A stretch of DNA of 64,000 nucleotides. It comes from an uncultured bacterium (lineage in GTDB: Bacteria; Sysuimicrobiota; Sysuimicrobiia; Sysuimicrobiales; Sysuimicrobiaceae). This document shows, in pieces, positions 19,474 to 30,069 of the stretch. Made by a program: the position numbers and the translations under genes. The stretch is taken from assembly GCA_938028835.1 (NCBI GenBank), contig CALIMJ010000006.1, positions 4,759 through 68,758 on the forward strand, read 5' to 3'. The notes under the pieces were generated by a model. That model was not told the DNA's origin. It saw only the letters and a list, made by a program, of their open reading frames with translations, and searched no databases. Position 1 is the stretch's first letter, and each line of letters starts with the position of its first letter.

Positions 19474-20067
19474 ATGGAGGGCGAGGGAAGCCGGCGGCTG
19501 GTGGTGGCCATCACGGGGGCCAGCGGGGCCATCCGGGGGATCCGGCTGCTGGAGGCGGCACGGGAGCTGGGGCTGGAGAACCACCTGGTGGTAAGCGAAT
19601 GGGCGGAGCGTACCATCCCGCACGAGACGGACTACCGCGTGGAGGACGTCCTCGGGCTCGCCAGCGTGGTGCACCGCCGCGACGACCAGGCCGCGGTCAT
19701 CTCCAGCGGCTCGTTTCCCACCCGGGGGATGGCGGTGGTACCGTGCAGCATGAAGACCCTGGCAGCCATGGCCTGCGGGTTCGCGGACGACCTCATCCAC
19801 CGGGCTGCGGACGTCACCCTGAAGGAACGGCGCAGGCTGGTCCTGGTGCCGCGCGAGGCACCCCTGAGCAGCATCCACCTAAAAAATATGCTGAAGCTGT
19901 CCAACCTGGGCGCGGTGATCCTGCCGCCGGTGCCCGCCTTCTACACCCACCCGCGCAGTCTGGACGAGGTGGTGGACCACGTGGTGGCGCGGGTCCTGGA
20001 CCAGTTCGGGTGGAGCTGGAGCCGCGCCCGGCGCTGGGACGGGCGCATGCAACGGAGCCCGGACTGA
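19474..20067 (+). CDS. ubiX: Flavin prenyltransferase UbiX
   Basis: VAITGASG, ISSGSF, PCSMKTLA, RAADVTLKERRRLVLVPRE, PPVPAFY. Confidence 0.92.
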   Translation: MEGEGSRRLVVAITGASGAIRGIRLLEAARELGLENHLVVSEWAERTIPHETDYRVEDVLGLASVVHRRDDQAAVISSGSFPTRGMAVVPCSMKTLAAMACGFADDLIHRAADVTLKERRRLVLVPREAPLSSIHLKNMLKLSNLGAVILPPVPAFYTHPRSLDEVVDHVVARVLDQFGWSWSRARRWDGRMQRSPD

Positions 20068-20095
20068 GGCTCGCGCGCGGATTGTCCGTCCACCC

Positions 20096-20884
20096 ATGAC
20101 CGCGCTTGGGGACGCCCTAGGAGCGGCCAGCCCATGGCCCGCGGCGCTCGCTGCGAGCCTCCTGGCCTCGGCACTGGCGTGGCGGCTGGGTGCCTTGTCC
20201 GGAGACGGGGCGGTTGCCGCGGTGGCGGTGGGTACCGTGGTGGCCGGGGCGGGAGGCTGGAGGTGGGCTGCCCTGCTCCTGGGGTTCGTGACTGCCGCCT
20301 CCGCCGCCAGCGCCCTGCCCCCGCGGCCGCAGGCGCCCCGGCGGAACGCGCGCCAGGTGCTGGCCAACGGGCTGGTGGCGGCTGTGGCCGCGGGGCTGCA
20401 CGGGCTGGGGGTGGCACCCGCGGGGGCGGTGTTCGCGGCCGCGCTGAGCGCCGGGTGGGCCGACACCTGGGCCACGGAGTTCGGGGTGCGCTACGGGGGC
20501 AGGCCGCGCCGTCTGTGGGGCCGCGAGCCCCTGGAGCCGGGCGTCAGCGGCGGCATCACCACCGCCGGCACGGCGGCAGGTGTGCTGGCGGCGGTCTGCT
20601 GCGGTGGGCTGGCGGGCGCGCTGGCTATCGCCCCGACAGGGTGGACCGCCGGAGCGGGACTGGTTGGGATGCTGGTGGACTCGGCGGTGGGAGGAGCTGT
20701 CCAGGGGCACTACCGGTGCAGTACGTGCGGCCGCGAGGGCGAGTCTGTCCGGTGTCCGTGCGGGGGCCGTACCCAGCGGGTGCGGGGGCTGTGGTGGGTG
20801 GACAACGACGCCACCAACCTGCTGGCCACCGCCGCAGCCGGTGCCCTGGGGCTGTGGGGGAGCCTGCCCGGCGGCTTACCATGA
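20096..20884 (+). CDS. DUF92-family membrane protein
   Basis: RNARQVLANG, ADTWATEFG, GVSGGIT, DS..G..VQ.HYRC..C, DNDATN. Confidence 0.8.
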   Translation: MTALGDALGAASPWPAALAASLLASALAWRLGALSGDGAVAAVAVGTVVAGAGGWRWAALLLGFVTAASAASALPPRPQAPRRNARQVLANGLVAAVAAGLHGLGVAPAGAVFAAALSAGWADTWATEFGVRYGGRPRRLWGREPLEPGVSGGITTAGTAAGVLAAVCCGGLAGALAIAPTGWTAGAGLVGMLVDSAVGGAVQGHYRCSTCGREGESVRCPCGGRTQRVRGLWWVDNDATNLLATAAAGALGLWGSLPGGLP

Positions 20885-20909
20885 TGGACGGGCGAAGGAG
20901 GAGGCAGAC

Positions 20910-22343
20910 GTGGAACGCGTGCCGCTGGGGCTGACCTTCGACGACGTGCTGCTGGTGCCGCGTCGGTCGCCGGTGGAAAGCCGCGCGGAGGTGGACACCC
21001 GTACCCGCCTGGCCCGCGGGGTGGAGCTGGCGGTCCCCATCGTGAGCGCCAACATGGACGCGGTCACGGAAAGCGAGATGGCCATCGCCATGGCGCGGGA
21101 GGGGGGGATCGGGATCATCCACCGGTTTCTCCCCGTGGACCAGCAGGTGGCGGAGGTCCGGCGGGTGAAGCGGGCGGAGAGCATCGTCATCGAGCAGCCG
21201 TACACCATCCGCCCGGACCAGACGCTGCGGGAGGCGGTGGCGTTTTTGGAGGAGCACGGGTCCGCGGGCCTGCTGGTGGTGCAGGACGGCCGGTTGGTGG
21301 GGATCGTCACCGCCCGTGACCTGTTGTTCGAGGAGGACCTGGACCGGCCCGTGCGGGAGGTGATGACGCCTCGGGAGCGCCTGGTCACGGCACCCCCCGG
21401 GATCAGCATGGAGGAGGCCAAGCGCATCCTGCACGCGCACCGGGTGGAGAAGCTGCCCCTGGTGGACGGGGAGGGCCGGCTGGTGGGCTTGGTGACCAGC
21501 CGGGACATCCGCAGCCGCATGCAGCACCCGAACGCCACCAAGGACGAGCGCGGCCGCCTCCGCGTGGGGGCCGCGGTGGGCGTGCGGGGCGACTACCTGG
21601 AGCGGGCGGAGGCGCTGGTCGAAGAAGGGGTGGATGCGCTGGTGGTGGACGTGGCGCACGGCCACTCGGAGGCCGTACTTCGGGCAGTGCGCACCCTGCG
21701 CCGCCGGTTCCCCGAGGTCCCCATCGTGGCGGGGAACGTGGCCACCGCGGAGGGCACGGTGGACCTCATCGAGGCCGGTGCGGACGCGGTGAAGGTCGGG
21801 GTGGGACCTGGCTCCACCTGCACCACCCGGGTGGTCACGGGGGCAGGGGTGCCGCAGCTTTCCGCCATCCTGGAGTGCGCGCGGGTGGCGCGTCCGAGAG
21901 GAATTCCCATCATCGCGGACGGGGGAATCCGCAGCTCCGGGGACATCACCAAGGCCCTGGCCGCAGGGGCCAGCGCGGTGATGCTGGGCAACCTGCTGGC
22001 GGGCACGGAGGAAAGCCCGGGCGCCACGGTGATCCGCAACGGCCGCCAGTACAAGACGTACCGCGGCATGGCCAGCCTGTGGGCCACCGCCCGCCGCCGG
22101 TCCCTCGACAGCCCCATAGACGAGGAGGAGGTCGGCCAGATCGTGGCCGAGGGCATCGAGGCGCTGGTGCCCTACCGGGGCAAGGTAGCGGACGTGCTGC
22201 ACCAGCTGGTGGGCGGCCTTCGGTCGGGCATGAGCTACTGCGGGGCCCGCACCATCCCCGAGCTGTGGGAAAACGCCCGCTTCGTCCGCATCACCCCCGC
22301 GGGCCTGCGGGAGAGCCTGCCGCACGACGTAGAGCCCCTGTAG
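20910..22343 (+). CDS. guaB: IMP dehydrogenase/GMP reductase family enzyme with CBS pair (guaB-like)
   Basis: [22 protein letters not shown] domains, [26 protein letters not shown]. The flap lacks the RY dyad (see findings). Confidence 0.75.
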   Translation: MERVPLGLTFDDVLLVPRRSPVESRAEVDTRTRLARGVELAVPIVSANMDAVTESEMAIAMAREGGIGIIHRFLPVDQQVAEVRRVKRAESIVIEQPYTIRPDQTLREAVAFLEEHGSAGLLVVQDGRLVGIVTARDLLFEEDLDRPVREVMTPRERLVTAPPGISMEEAKRILHAHRVEKLPLVDGEGRLVGLVTSRDIRSRMQHPNATKDERGRLRVGAAVGVRGDYLERAEALVEEGVDALVVDVAHGHSEAVLRAVRTLRRRFPEVPIVAGNVATAEGTVDLIEAGADAVKVGVGPGSTCTTRVVTGAGVPQLSAILECARVARPRGIPIIADGGIRSSGDITKALAAGASAVMLGNLLAGTEESPGATVIRNGRQYKTYRGMASLWATARRRSLDSPIDEEEVGQIVAEGIEALVPYRGKVADVLHQLVGGLRSGMSYCGARTIPELWENARFVRITPAGLRESLPHDVEPL

Positions 22344-22424
22344 CCGCGCACCAGGCCGCCCTCAGCTCCTCGCGGACTGACCGGGTCCGCAGGGTTGGCA
22401 TACTTCTTGCAACCCCTCCTGGCG

Positions 22425-23591
22425 ATGGTCCGCAACCCTCGGCTGCCGGACTCCGAGGCCCGCCGTCGCCGGGCCCAGACCCGCGGCATCCTCATCTCCG
22501 CCCTGGGCTACGCCACAGCCCTGGGGGTCGTGGTGCTGACGGCCCGTCTGTGGCACTCGCCTCTTTCGCTCTCGGTCCTGGCGGAGCTGGCAGCGGCCAC
22601 CGCGGGCGTGCTGGCCGGCCTGTACCTCATGGCCGCCACCGGGGCCACCCGGTGGATCCGGTCCTGGGACCCCCACTTCGTGTACCTGCCCATGCTGGCG
22701 ACGGTTTTCCTCCTCAACCTGTACATGCGAGTGGTCCCGGACGCCCGGTGGGTCCTGGTGCACGGCTGGCTGGGGTCCCTGGGGCTGGTGGCGGGCTTCG
22801 GCGCGGTCTGGCCCCTCCTCGGCCTCACGGCCCTGTACCTGGCCACGTACCTGTGGGTGGCGAGCAGCAGCCCCGCCTTCTACCTGCGCCAGGAGCTCGT
22901 GGTGATCTTCGCGGTGGCGTTCGCGTCGGTGATGTGCAGCGTGGCGTCCGAGCGGTTCCGCCGGCAGCGGGAAAGGTCCAAGCAGCTGGCCCGGCAACTG
23001 GAGGACGCCAACCGCCGGCTGGCGGACCTGGCCCTGCGGGACCCCCTCACGGGCGTGTACAACCGTCGTTACCTGGAGGAGTTCCTGACCCAACAGATCG
23101 CACGGGCGCAGCGACAGCACACACCCCTGGTGGTGGCCATGGTGGACCTGGACGACTTCAAGCTGTACAACGACACCCAGGGCCACCTGGCCGGGGACGA
23201 GCTGCTGCGCCGGGTGGCCGAAGTGATGGGCGCATCTATCCGCCGCAGCGACGTGGTGGCCCGGTACGGCGGCGAGGAGTTCACCGTGGTGCTGGTGGAT
23301 ACCGATCCCCACGACGGCGCCCGCGTGCTGGAGCGGATCCGCAGCGCGGTGGCGTCCCTGCCCGTGCCCGGAACCGACCTGATGCCGTGGGGTGCGGTCA
23401 CGGTGAGTGCGGGCGTGGCCTGTTACCCCCACGACGGCGCCACGGCCCGGGAGCTGCTAGCCAGGGCGGACGACGCTCTTTACCGCGCCAAGATCCTGGG
23501 CAAGAACCGGGTGGAGTTCGCCTCTACCCCAGGACCCGCCGCCCCCGCACCTGAAGGCACACGAGTTGCTCCCGATCTGCCGCGGGGGTAG
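22425..23591 (+). CDS. Membrane-bound diguanylate cyclase
   Basis: Several TM helices, DPLTGVYNRR, RRSD I-site and RYGGEEF active site. Start ATG 22425 or TTG 22395. Confidence 0.88.
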   Translation: MVRNPRLPDSEARRRRAQTRGILISALGYATALGVVVLTARLWHSPLSLSVLAELAAATAGVLAGLYLMAATGATRWIRSWDPHFVYLPMLATVFLLNLYMRVVPDARWVLVHGWLGSLGLVAGFGAVWPLLGLTALYLATYLWVASSSPAFYLRQELVVIFAVAFASVMCSVASERFRRQRERSKQLARQLEDANRRLADLALRDPLTGVYNRRYLEEFLTQQIARAQRQHTPLVVAMVDLDDFKLYNDTQGHLAGDELLRRVAEVMGASIRRSDVVARYGGEEFTVVLVDTDPHDGARVLERIRSAVASLPVPGTDLMPWGAVTVSAGVACYPHDGATARELLARADDALYRAKILGKNRVEFASTPGPAAPAPEGTRVAPDLPRG

Positions 23592-23596
23592 GAACC

Positions 23597-26263
23597 GTGG
23601 CCGGACGGACACAGCGCGCGGCAGAGATCCTGCAGGCCTGCGTGCGGATGGCGGAGTGGCTGCTGGCCAGCCCGGGCTGCGAGAAAAGCTGCGAGGAAGC
23701 CCTACGGTTGCTGGGCGAGGCCGCGGGGGTAAGCCGCGTCTACGTGTTCGAAAACCACGTGGGCGCGGACGGAACCCTGCTGACCAGCCAGCGCCATGAG
23801 TGGTGGGCGCCGGGGATTGAGTCACAGATGGACAACCCCGACCTTCAGGACTTCCCGTGGGAGGAAGGCGGGTTTTCCCGGTGGGCGCGGCTCATGGAGG
23901 AAGGCCGGCCCGTGTTCGGGCTGGTTCGCGACTTCCCTCCCTCGGAGCGGGCGGTGCTGGAACCGCAGCAGATCCGGTCTCTGGCCGCGGTCCCCATCTT
24001 CGCCCACGGCCGCTGGTGGGGGTTTGTGGGGTTCGACGACTGCTGGACGGACCGGGTGTGGGCCCCGGAGGAGATTTCCGCCCTGCAGCTGGCCAGCCGC
24101 CTGATGGGGGCGGCTTTGGATCGCCACCGCGCCGACGACGACCTCCGCCTCACCGCGGAGGTTGCCACCCGCCTGTTGGGTTGCACCTCTTGGCGGGAGG
24201 TCGCGGTCCAGATCCACGCCACCCTCGGAATTCGCCTGCACCCCGACGGCCTGAGTCTGTTCGTCCTGGAGCCTACCGGCACCTACCTGGAACTGGTGGC
24301 GGCGCGGGGCGATCCCCCGGCGTTTTCCCCGGGGAGCGTGCTACCCTTGCTTCCCCCGGAGGCGTGGTGCGGGGCCTGGGCGGTAGCGTACGGGCGGGTG
24401 TACTGGGTGCAGGACGTCAAAAGCCCGGACTTGCCCTTCGGGGTGCCAAACGCCCTGTCCCGGGCGGGGGTGCGGTCGCTCCTCCTCATCCCCCTGACCT
24501 CCGAGGCGCGAACCACTGGATGTCTCGTACTGGACTACCGGTCGCCGGTCCAGCTGGACCCGGCACAGGTCCAGTCCTGCGAGCTCGCTAGGCCCGTGGT
24601 CGCCGTGGCCGTCGAGCGGGTGCGGGAGTACACCACCTACCAGGACCTGTTCCACCGGGTCCCCGTGGGCCTCTACCGCAGTACCCCGGACGGTACGGTG
24701 CTGCAGGCGAACCGGTTCCTGGCCGAACTCCTGGGATATCCCAGCCCTGAAGCCCTTCTGGCCCGCAACGCCCGCGACCTCTACGCACACCCCCAGGACC
24801 GCGAGCGGTGGCGCCAGCTCATGGACGCCGCCGGCCGGGTGGACGATCTGGAGACGCGGATGCGGCGCGTGGACGGACAGCCCGTGTGGGTGCTGGAGTC
24901 CGCGCGGGCGGTCTTCGGACCGGACGGCCGCCCGCTGTACTACGAGGGCTGCGTGGTGGACCACACCGCCCGCAGGGCCCTACAGGACCAGGTCTCCTAC
25001 CTGTCCCGCCACGACCCGCTCACGGGGGTGGCCAATCGCGAAGACTTCCTCCGCCACCTCACGGCCGGGCTGGAGGCCGGCCACAAGCCCGCGGTACTCC
25101 TCGTGGACCTGAACGAGTTCCACCAGGTCAACGAGGAGTTCGGCCCCGCCATCGGCGATCGGGCGCTGCAGTGGGTAGCGCAGACCCTCAAGGCCCACGT
25201 TCGGAGCACGGACGTGGTGGCCAGGGTCGGCGGGGACCGGTTCGCGGTCCTGCTGCCGGACGCGGACGCCCGGGTGGCCCGCAGGACCGCAGAAAGGCTG
25301 CTGCAGGCCCTGCGGGCGCCGGCGCCGCTGCAAGGGATGCAGGTGCGGGTGTGGCCGCGGTGCGGCGCAGCCGTGCTGGGCCGCACCCGTGCGGGGGCGG
25401 TGGAGCTACTCCGAGCGGCGGAGTCTGCCCTGGACCGGGCCAAGTCAGCCCCGGGGCTGTACGTAGCCCACGCCACCTCCCACAGGCGTGGGTTGTCGTG
25501 GACCGACCGGATCCGGCAGGCCCTCCGGGAAGACCGGCTGGGGTTGTTCGCGCAACCCATCCTGGACCTGCGGACCGATCACCTGGAGCGGTGGGAGCTG
25601 CTCCTGCGCGCCCGCGAGAAGTCCCGGTGGGTGGGCCCCGACCGGTTCCTCCATGAAGCCGAGCGCTCCGGGCTGGTGGTGGAGTTGGACCTGTGGGTCC
25701 TGCGGCGGGCCCTGGACCTGGCCGGGAGGCTACCAGGCTACGTGCACGTGAACTTCTCGGGGCGCACCGTCTCCGAACCCCAGGCCGTGGAACGCGCCCT
25801 GGTGCTCCTCCGGTCGAGCCCAGAGGGCGCGGCACGCGTCGTGGTGGAGATCACCGAGACGGCCGTGTTACAGGACCTTCAGCAGGCCGCCCGGTTCATC
25901 CAGGCCCTCAGGGCCGCAGGGGCCTCGGTGGTGCTGGACGACTTCGGCGTGGGCTACTCCTCCCTCGCACACTTGCGCCACCTGCAGGTGGACGGCTTCA
26001 AGATCGACGGGAGCTTCGTCGGGCACATGGGCTCCAACCCCCGCGACCGCCACCTGGTCCGCAGCCTGGTGGAGATGGGCCACGCCCTGGGCTGTCTCGT
26101 GATCGCGGAGTGGGTGGAAGACAGCGGCACCCTGGAGATGCTGCGGGAGTTCGGAGCGGACTGCGCGCAGGGGTTCTACGTGGCGCGGCCTGCACCCCTG
26201 CCGTCCGCGGAAAGGCGCTTCGTACCCTCCCTGCGGGCTGGACGCGTTACCCCGAGCCCTTGA
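23597..26263 (+). CDS. GAF-GAF-PAS-GGDEF-EAL c-di-GMP phosphodiesterase
   Basis: GAF (GFVGFDDC), PAS, degenerate GGDRF, EAL domain (ELLLR, EITET, LDDFGVGYSS, KIDGSF, AEWVE, QGF). Confidence 0.88.
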   Translation: MAGRTQRAAEILQACVRMAEWLLASPGCEKSCEEALRLLGEAAGVSRVYVFENHVGADGTLLTSQRHEWWAPGIESQMDNPDLQDFPWEEGGFSRWARLMEEGRPVFGLVRDFPPSERAVLEPQQIRSLAAVPIFAHGRWWGFVGFDDCWTDRVWAPEEISALQLASRLMGAALDRHRADDDLRLTAEVATRLLGCTSWREVAVQIHATLGIRLHPDGLSLFVLEPTGTYLELVAARGDPPAFSPGSVLPLLPPEAWCGAWAVAYGRVYWVQDVKSPDLPFGVPNALSRAGVRSLLLIPLTSEARTTGCLVLDYRSPVQLDPAQVQSCELARPVVAVAVERVREYTTYQDLFHRVPVGLYRSTPDGTVLQANRFLAELLGYPSPEALLARNARDLYAHPQDRERWRQLMDAAGRVDDLETRMRRVDGQPVWVLESARAVFGPDGRPLYYEGCVVDHTARRALQDQVSYLSRHDPLTGVANREDFLRHLTAGLEAGHKPAVLLVDLNEFHQVNEEFGPAIGDRALQWVAQTLKAHVRSTDVVARVGGDRFAVLLPDADARVARRTAERLLQALRAPAPLQGMQVRVWPRCGAAVLGRTRAGAVELLRAAESALDRAKSAPGLYVAHATSHRRGLSWTDRIRQALREDRLGLFAQPILDLRTDHLERWELLLRAREKSRWVGPDRFLHEAERSGLVVELDLWVLRRALDLAGRLPGYVHVNFSGRTVSEPQAVERALVLLRSSPEGAARVVVEITETAVLQDLQQAARFIQALRAAGASVVLDDFGVGYSSLAHLRHLQVDGFKIDGSFVGHMGSNPRDRHLVRSLVEMGHALGCLVIAEWVEDSGTLEMLREFGADCAQGFYVARPAPLPSAERRFVPSLRAGRVTPSP

Positions 26264-26822
26264 AGACCGGGAGGATCCCCATGTGGTGCACGTCCGGCCA
26301 GTCCTGCCCTTCCAGGAGCAGCGCCGCCTTGGCCACCACCCGGCCGCCCGCGCGTTCCACGAGCTCCGCCATGGCCTGCAGGGTCTCGCCCGTGCTCACG
26401 ATGTCGTCTACCAGCCCGACCGCGCGGCCGCGCAGCTTCAGGGCGTCCCGGCCGTCCAGGAACAGCTCCTGTTCGGTCTTGGCGGTGATGGGCTTGTAGC
26501 GCACCGACAGCGGGCTCAGCATGAAGGGCCGGATCTCCTTTCGGCAGACCACGTACGGCCGCAGGCCCAGGTAGGTGGCGATGGCGTGGGCCAGCGGGAT
26601 CCCCTTCGTCTCCGTGGTCACGAACAGCTCACAGCCGGCCATCCGCTCGCTGAGGATCCGGGCGGCCCGGTCGATGACCTCGGTGTCGCCCAGGCTGTAG
26701 TAATAGGCGATCCACGTGTCCGGCGCCACCTGGATCAGGGGCAGCTGCCGCCGCGCCCCCGCGATGTCCAGCTCGTAGGTGGACTGCCCGTTGAACGGCA
26801 ACACGTGTGCCACCGCTCTCAC
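26247..26822 (-). CDS. Type I phosphoribosyltransferase (adenine/xanthine PRT-like)
   Basis: ETKGIPLA and LVDDIVSTGET PRPP-binding motif. Last gene of the pur operon. Confidence 0.8.
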   Translation of the reverse strand: MRAVAHVLPFNGQSTYELDIAGARRQLPLIQVAPDTWIAYYYSLGDTEVIDRAARILSERMAGCELFVTTETKGIPLAHAIATYLGLRPYVVCRKEIRPFMLSPLSVRYKPITAKTEQELFLDGRDALKLRGRAVGLVDDIVSTGETLQAMAELVERAGGRVVAKAALLLEGQDWPDVHHMGILPVFKGSG

Positions 26823-26862
26823 TCCTTCCGCCGCACCGATACTGGATCGTACCGCAGCCCGC

Positions 26863-28375
<1,513 letters not shown>

Positions 28376-28401
<26 letters not shown>

Positions 28402-29029
28402 CGGGCCAGCTCCCCGCTGGCACCAGCTCCTCGAACCGCACCTGCCCGGTGACCACCCGGCGGATGGCTTCCGGGTACAGCCGGTGTTCCTGCTCCGCCA
28501 CCCGGGCCGCGAGGGTCTCCACCGTGTCGCCCGGCAGGACGGGCACCCGCGCCTGCGTCACCACCGGCCCCGCGTCCACGTCCTCGGTGACGAAGTGCAC
28601 CGTGCAGCCGCTCTCCACCGCACCGGAGGCCAGCACCGCCTGGTGCACCCGCTCGCCGTACATGCCTCTGCCGCCGAAGGCCGGCAGCAGCGAGGGGTGG
28701 ATGTTGAGGATGCGGCCCCGGTACCGTTCCACGAACTCAGGGGGGAGGATCCGCAGGAAGCCCGCCAGGCACACCCACTGCGCCCCGTGGGCCTCCAGCA
28801 CTTCCGCCAGCCGCCGGCCGAACTCCCGGGGGTCCTTGCGCCAGGGGACCACGTACGCAGGGACTCCCGCCTGCCGGGCCCGTTCCAGGGCGTACGCGCC
28901 TGACCTGTCGGAGACCACCACCACCACCTCCGCGGGGTAGTCGGGGTCCCGGGTGGCGTCCAGGATCGCCTGCAGGTTGGTGCCCCGGCCAGACACCAGG
29001 ACCGCCAGCCGCGCGCGACCTTCCCTCAC
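28376..29029 (-). CDS. purN: Phosphoribosylglycinamide formyltransferase
   Basis: VLVSGRGTNLQA, LAGFLRIL, NIHPSLLP, GCTVHFV. Confidence 0.93.
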
Positions 29030-30069
29030 GGCCGCTCCTCCACGACCACCCGTACGTCCCGCGGGCCGGCCACTACCTCGCCCACGCGGTACACCGTCTC
29101 CCCGCACGCCCGCAAGACCTCCTCCGCCCTCGCCGCGGCCTCTGGACGCACTGCCACCACCAGGCCCACACCCATGTTGAACACCCGGAACATCTCCCGC
29201 TCGTCCACAGGGCCCCTGCGGGCTACCAGCCAGAACACCGGGGGGACCGGCCACGTCACCCGGACCTCCACGGCGCAGCCCTCGGGCAGGACCCGCGCCA
29301 GGTTCCCCGGGATCCCGCCGCCGGTTACGTGCGCCATGGCCGTCACCTCCCGGCCCACCTCCTCCAGCAGCCGCAGCAGGCTCGGCGCGTAACAGCGGTG
29401 GGGTCGCAGCAGCGCGTCGCCCCGGGTGCAGCCCAGGTCCGGCTCGTAGCGGTCCAGGTCCCCCACTTCCCGCACCAGGACGGTCCGGGCCAGGCTGTAC
29501 CCGTTGGTGTGGAGCCCGTCGGAGGCCAGGCCCAGCAACACGTCGCCGGGCCGCACGGAGCTCCCGTCCACCAGATCCGCCGCCTCCGCCACCCCCACCG
29601 CGCAACCCACCACGTCCCACGCGCCCTCGCGGTACACGCCGGGCATCTCCGCGGTCTCCCCGCCCACCAGCGCCACCCCGTAGCGGGCGCACGCGTCCAC
29701 CACCCCCTCCAGCACCGCCTCCAGAGCTTCCGGCCGCATCCGGCCCGCGGCCACGTAGTCCAGGAAGAACAGGGGCCTTGCGCCGTGCACGGCCACGTCG
29801 TTGAGCCCGTGGGCCACCACGTCGTGTCCTAAGGTCCGGAAGTCCGCGGGGCCGCGGGCCAGCAACGTCTTGGTACCCACCCCGTCCACGGAAGCCACCA
29901 GCACCGGCTCCCGTAAGGGGGGCACCCGCACGATGCCCCCGAACAGGCCGACCCCGCCCACCACCTGCGGGGTAAAGGTGGACTGGATCCTGGGGATCAG
30001 CCGGCGCAGCACCGCCTCGGTGGCCTCCGGGTCCACACCGGCGTCGCGGTAGGTGAGGGTACGGGTCAG
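29026..30069 (-). CDS. purM: AIR synthetase (probable CTG start)
   Basis: TYRDAGVD, DGVGTK, FFLDY, GGETAEMP, GLHTNGYSL, FNMGVG. The only plausible start is CTG at 30069, overlapping the purF stop, with GGAGGT upstream. Confidence 0.9.
   Translation of the reverse strand: MTRTLTYRDAGVDPEATEAVLRRLIPRIQSTFTPQVVGGVGLFGGIVRVPPLREPVLVASVDGVGTKTLLARGPADFRTLGHDVVAHGLNDVAVHGARPLFFLDYVAAGRMRPEALEAVLEGVVDACARYGVALVGGETAEMPGVYREGAWDVVGCAVGVAEAADLVDGSSVRPGDVLLGLASDGLHTNGYSLARTVLVREVGDLDRYEPDLGCTRGDALLRPHRCYAPSLLRLLEEVGREVTAMAHVTGGGIPGNLARVLPEGCAVEVRVTWPVPPVFWLVARRGPVDEREMFRVFNMGVGLVVAVRPEAAARAEEVLRACGETVYRVGEVVAGPRDVRVVVEERP

Noticed and set aside
22375-22388. Third copy of the bcr/hcr operator (GACTGACCGGGTCC) before the diguanylate cyclase
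   Set aside because: Only one half-site matches and the symmetry is broken; plausible by chance at this GC content.
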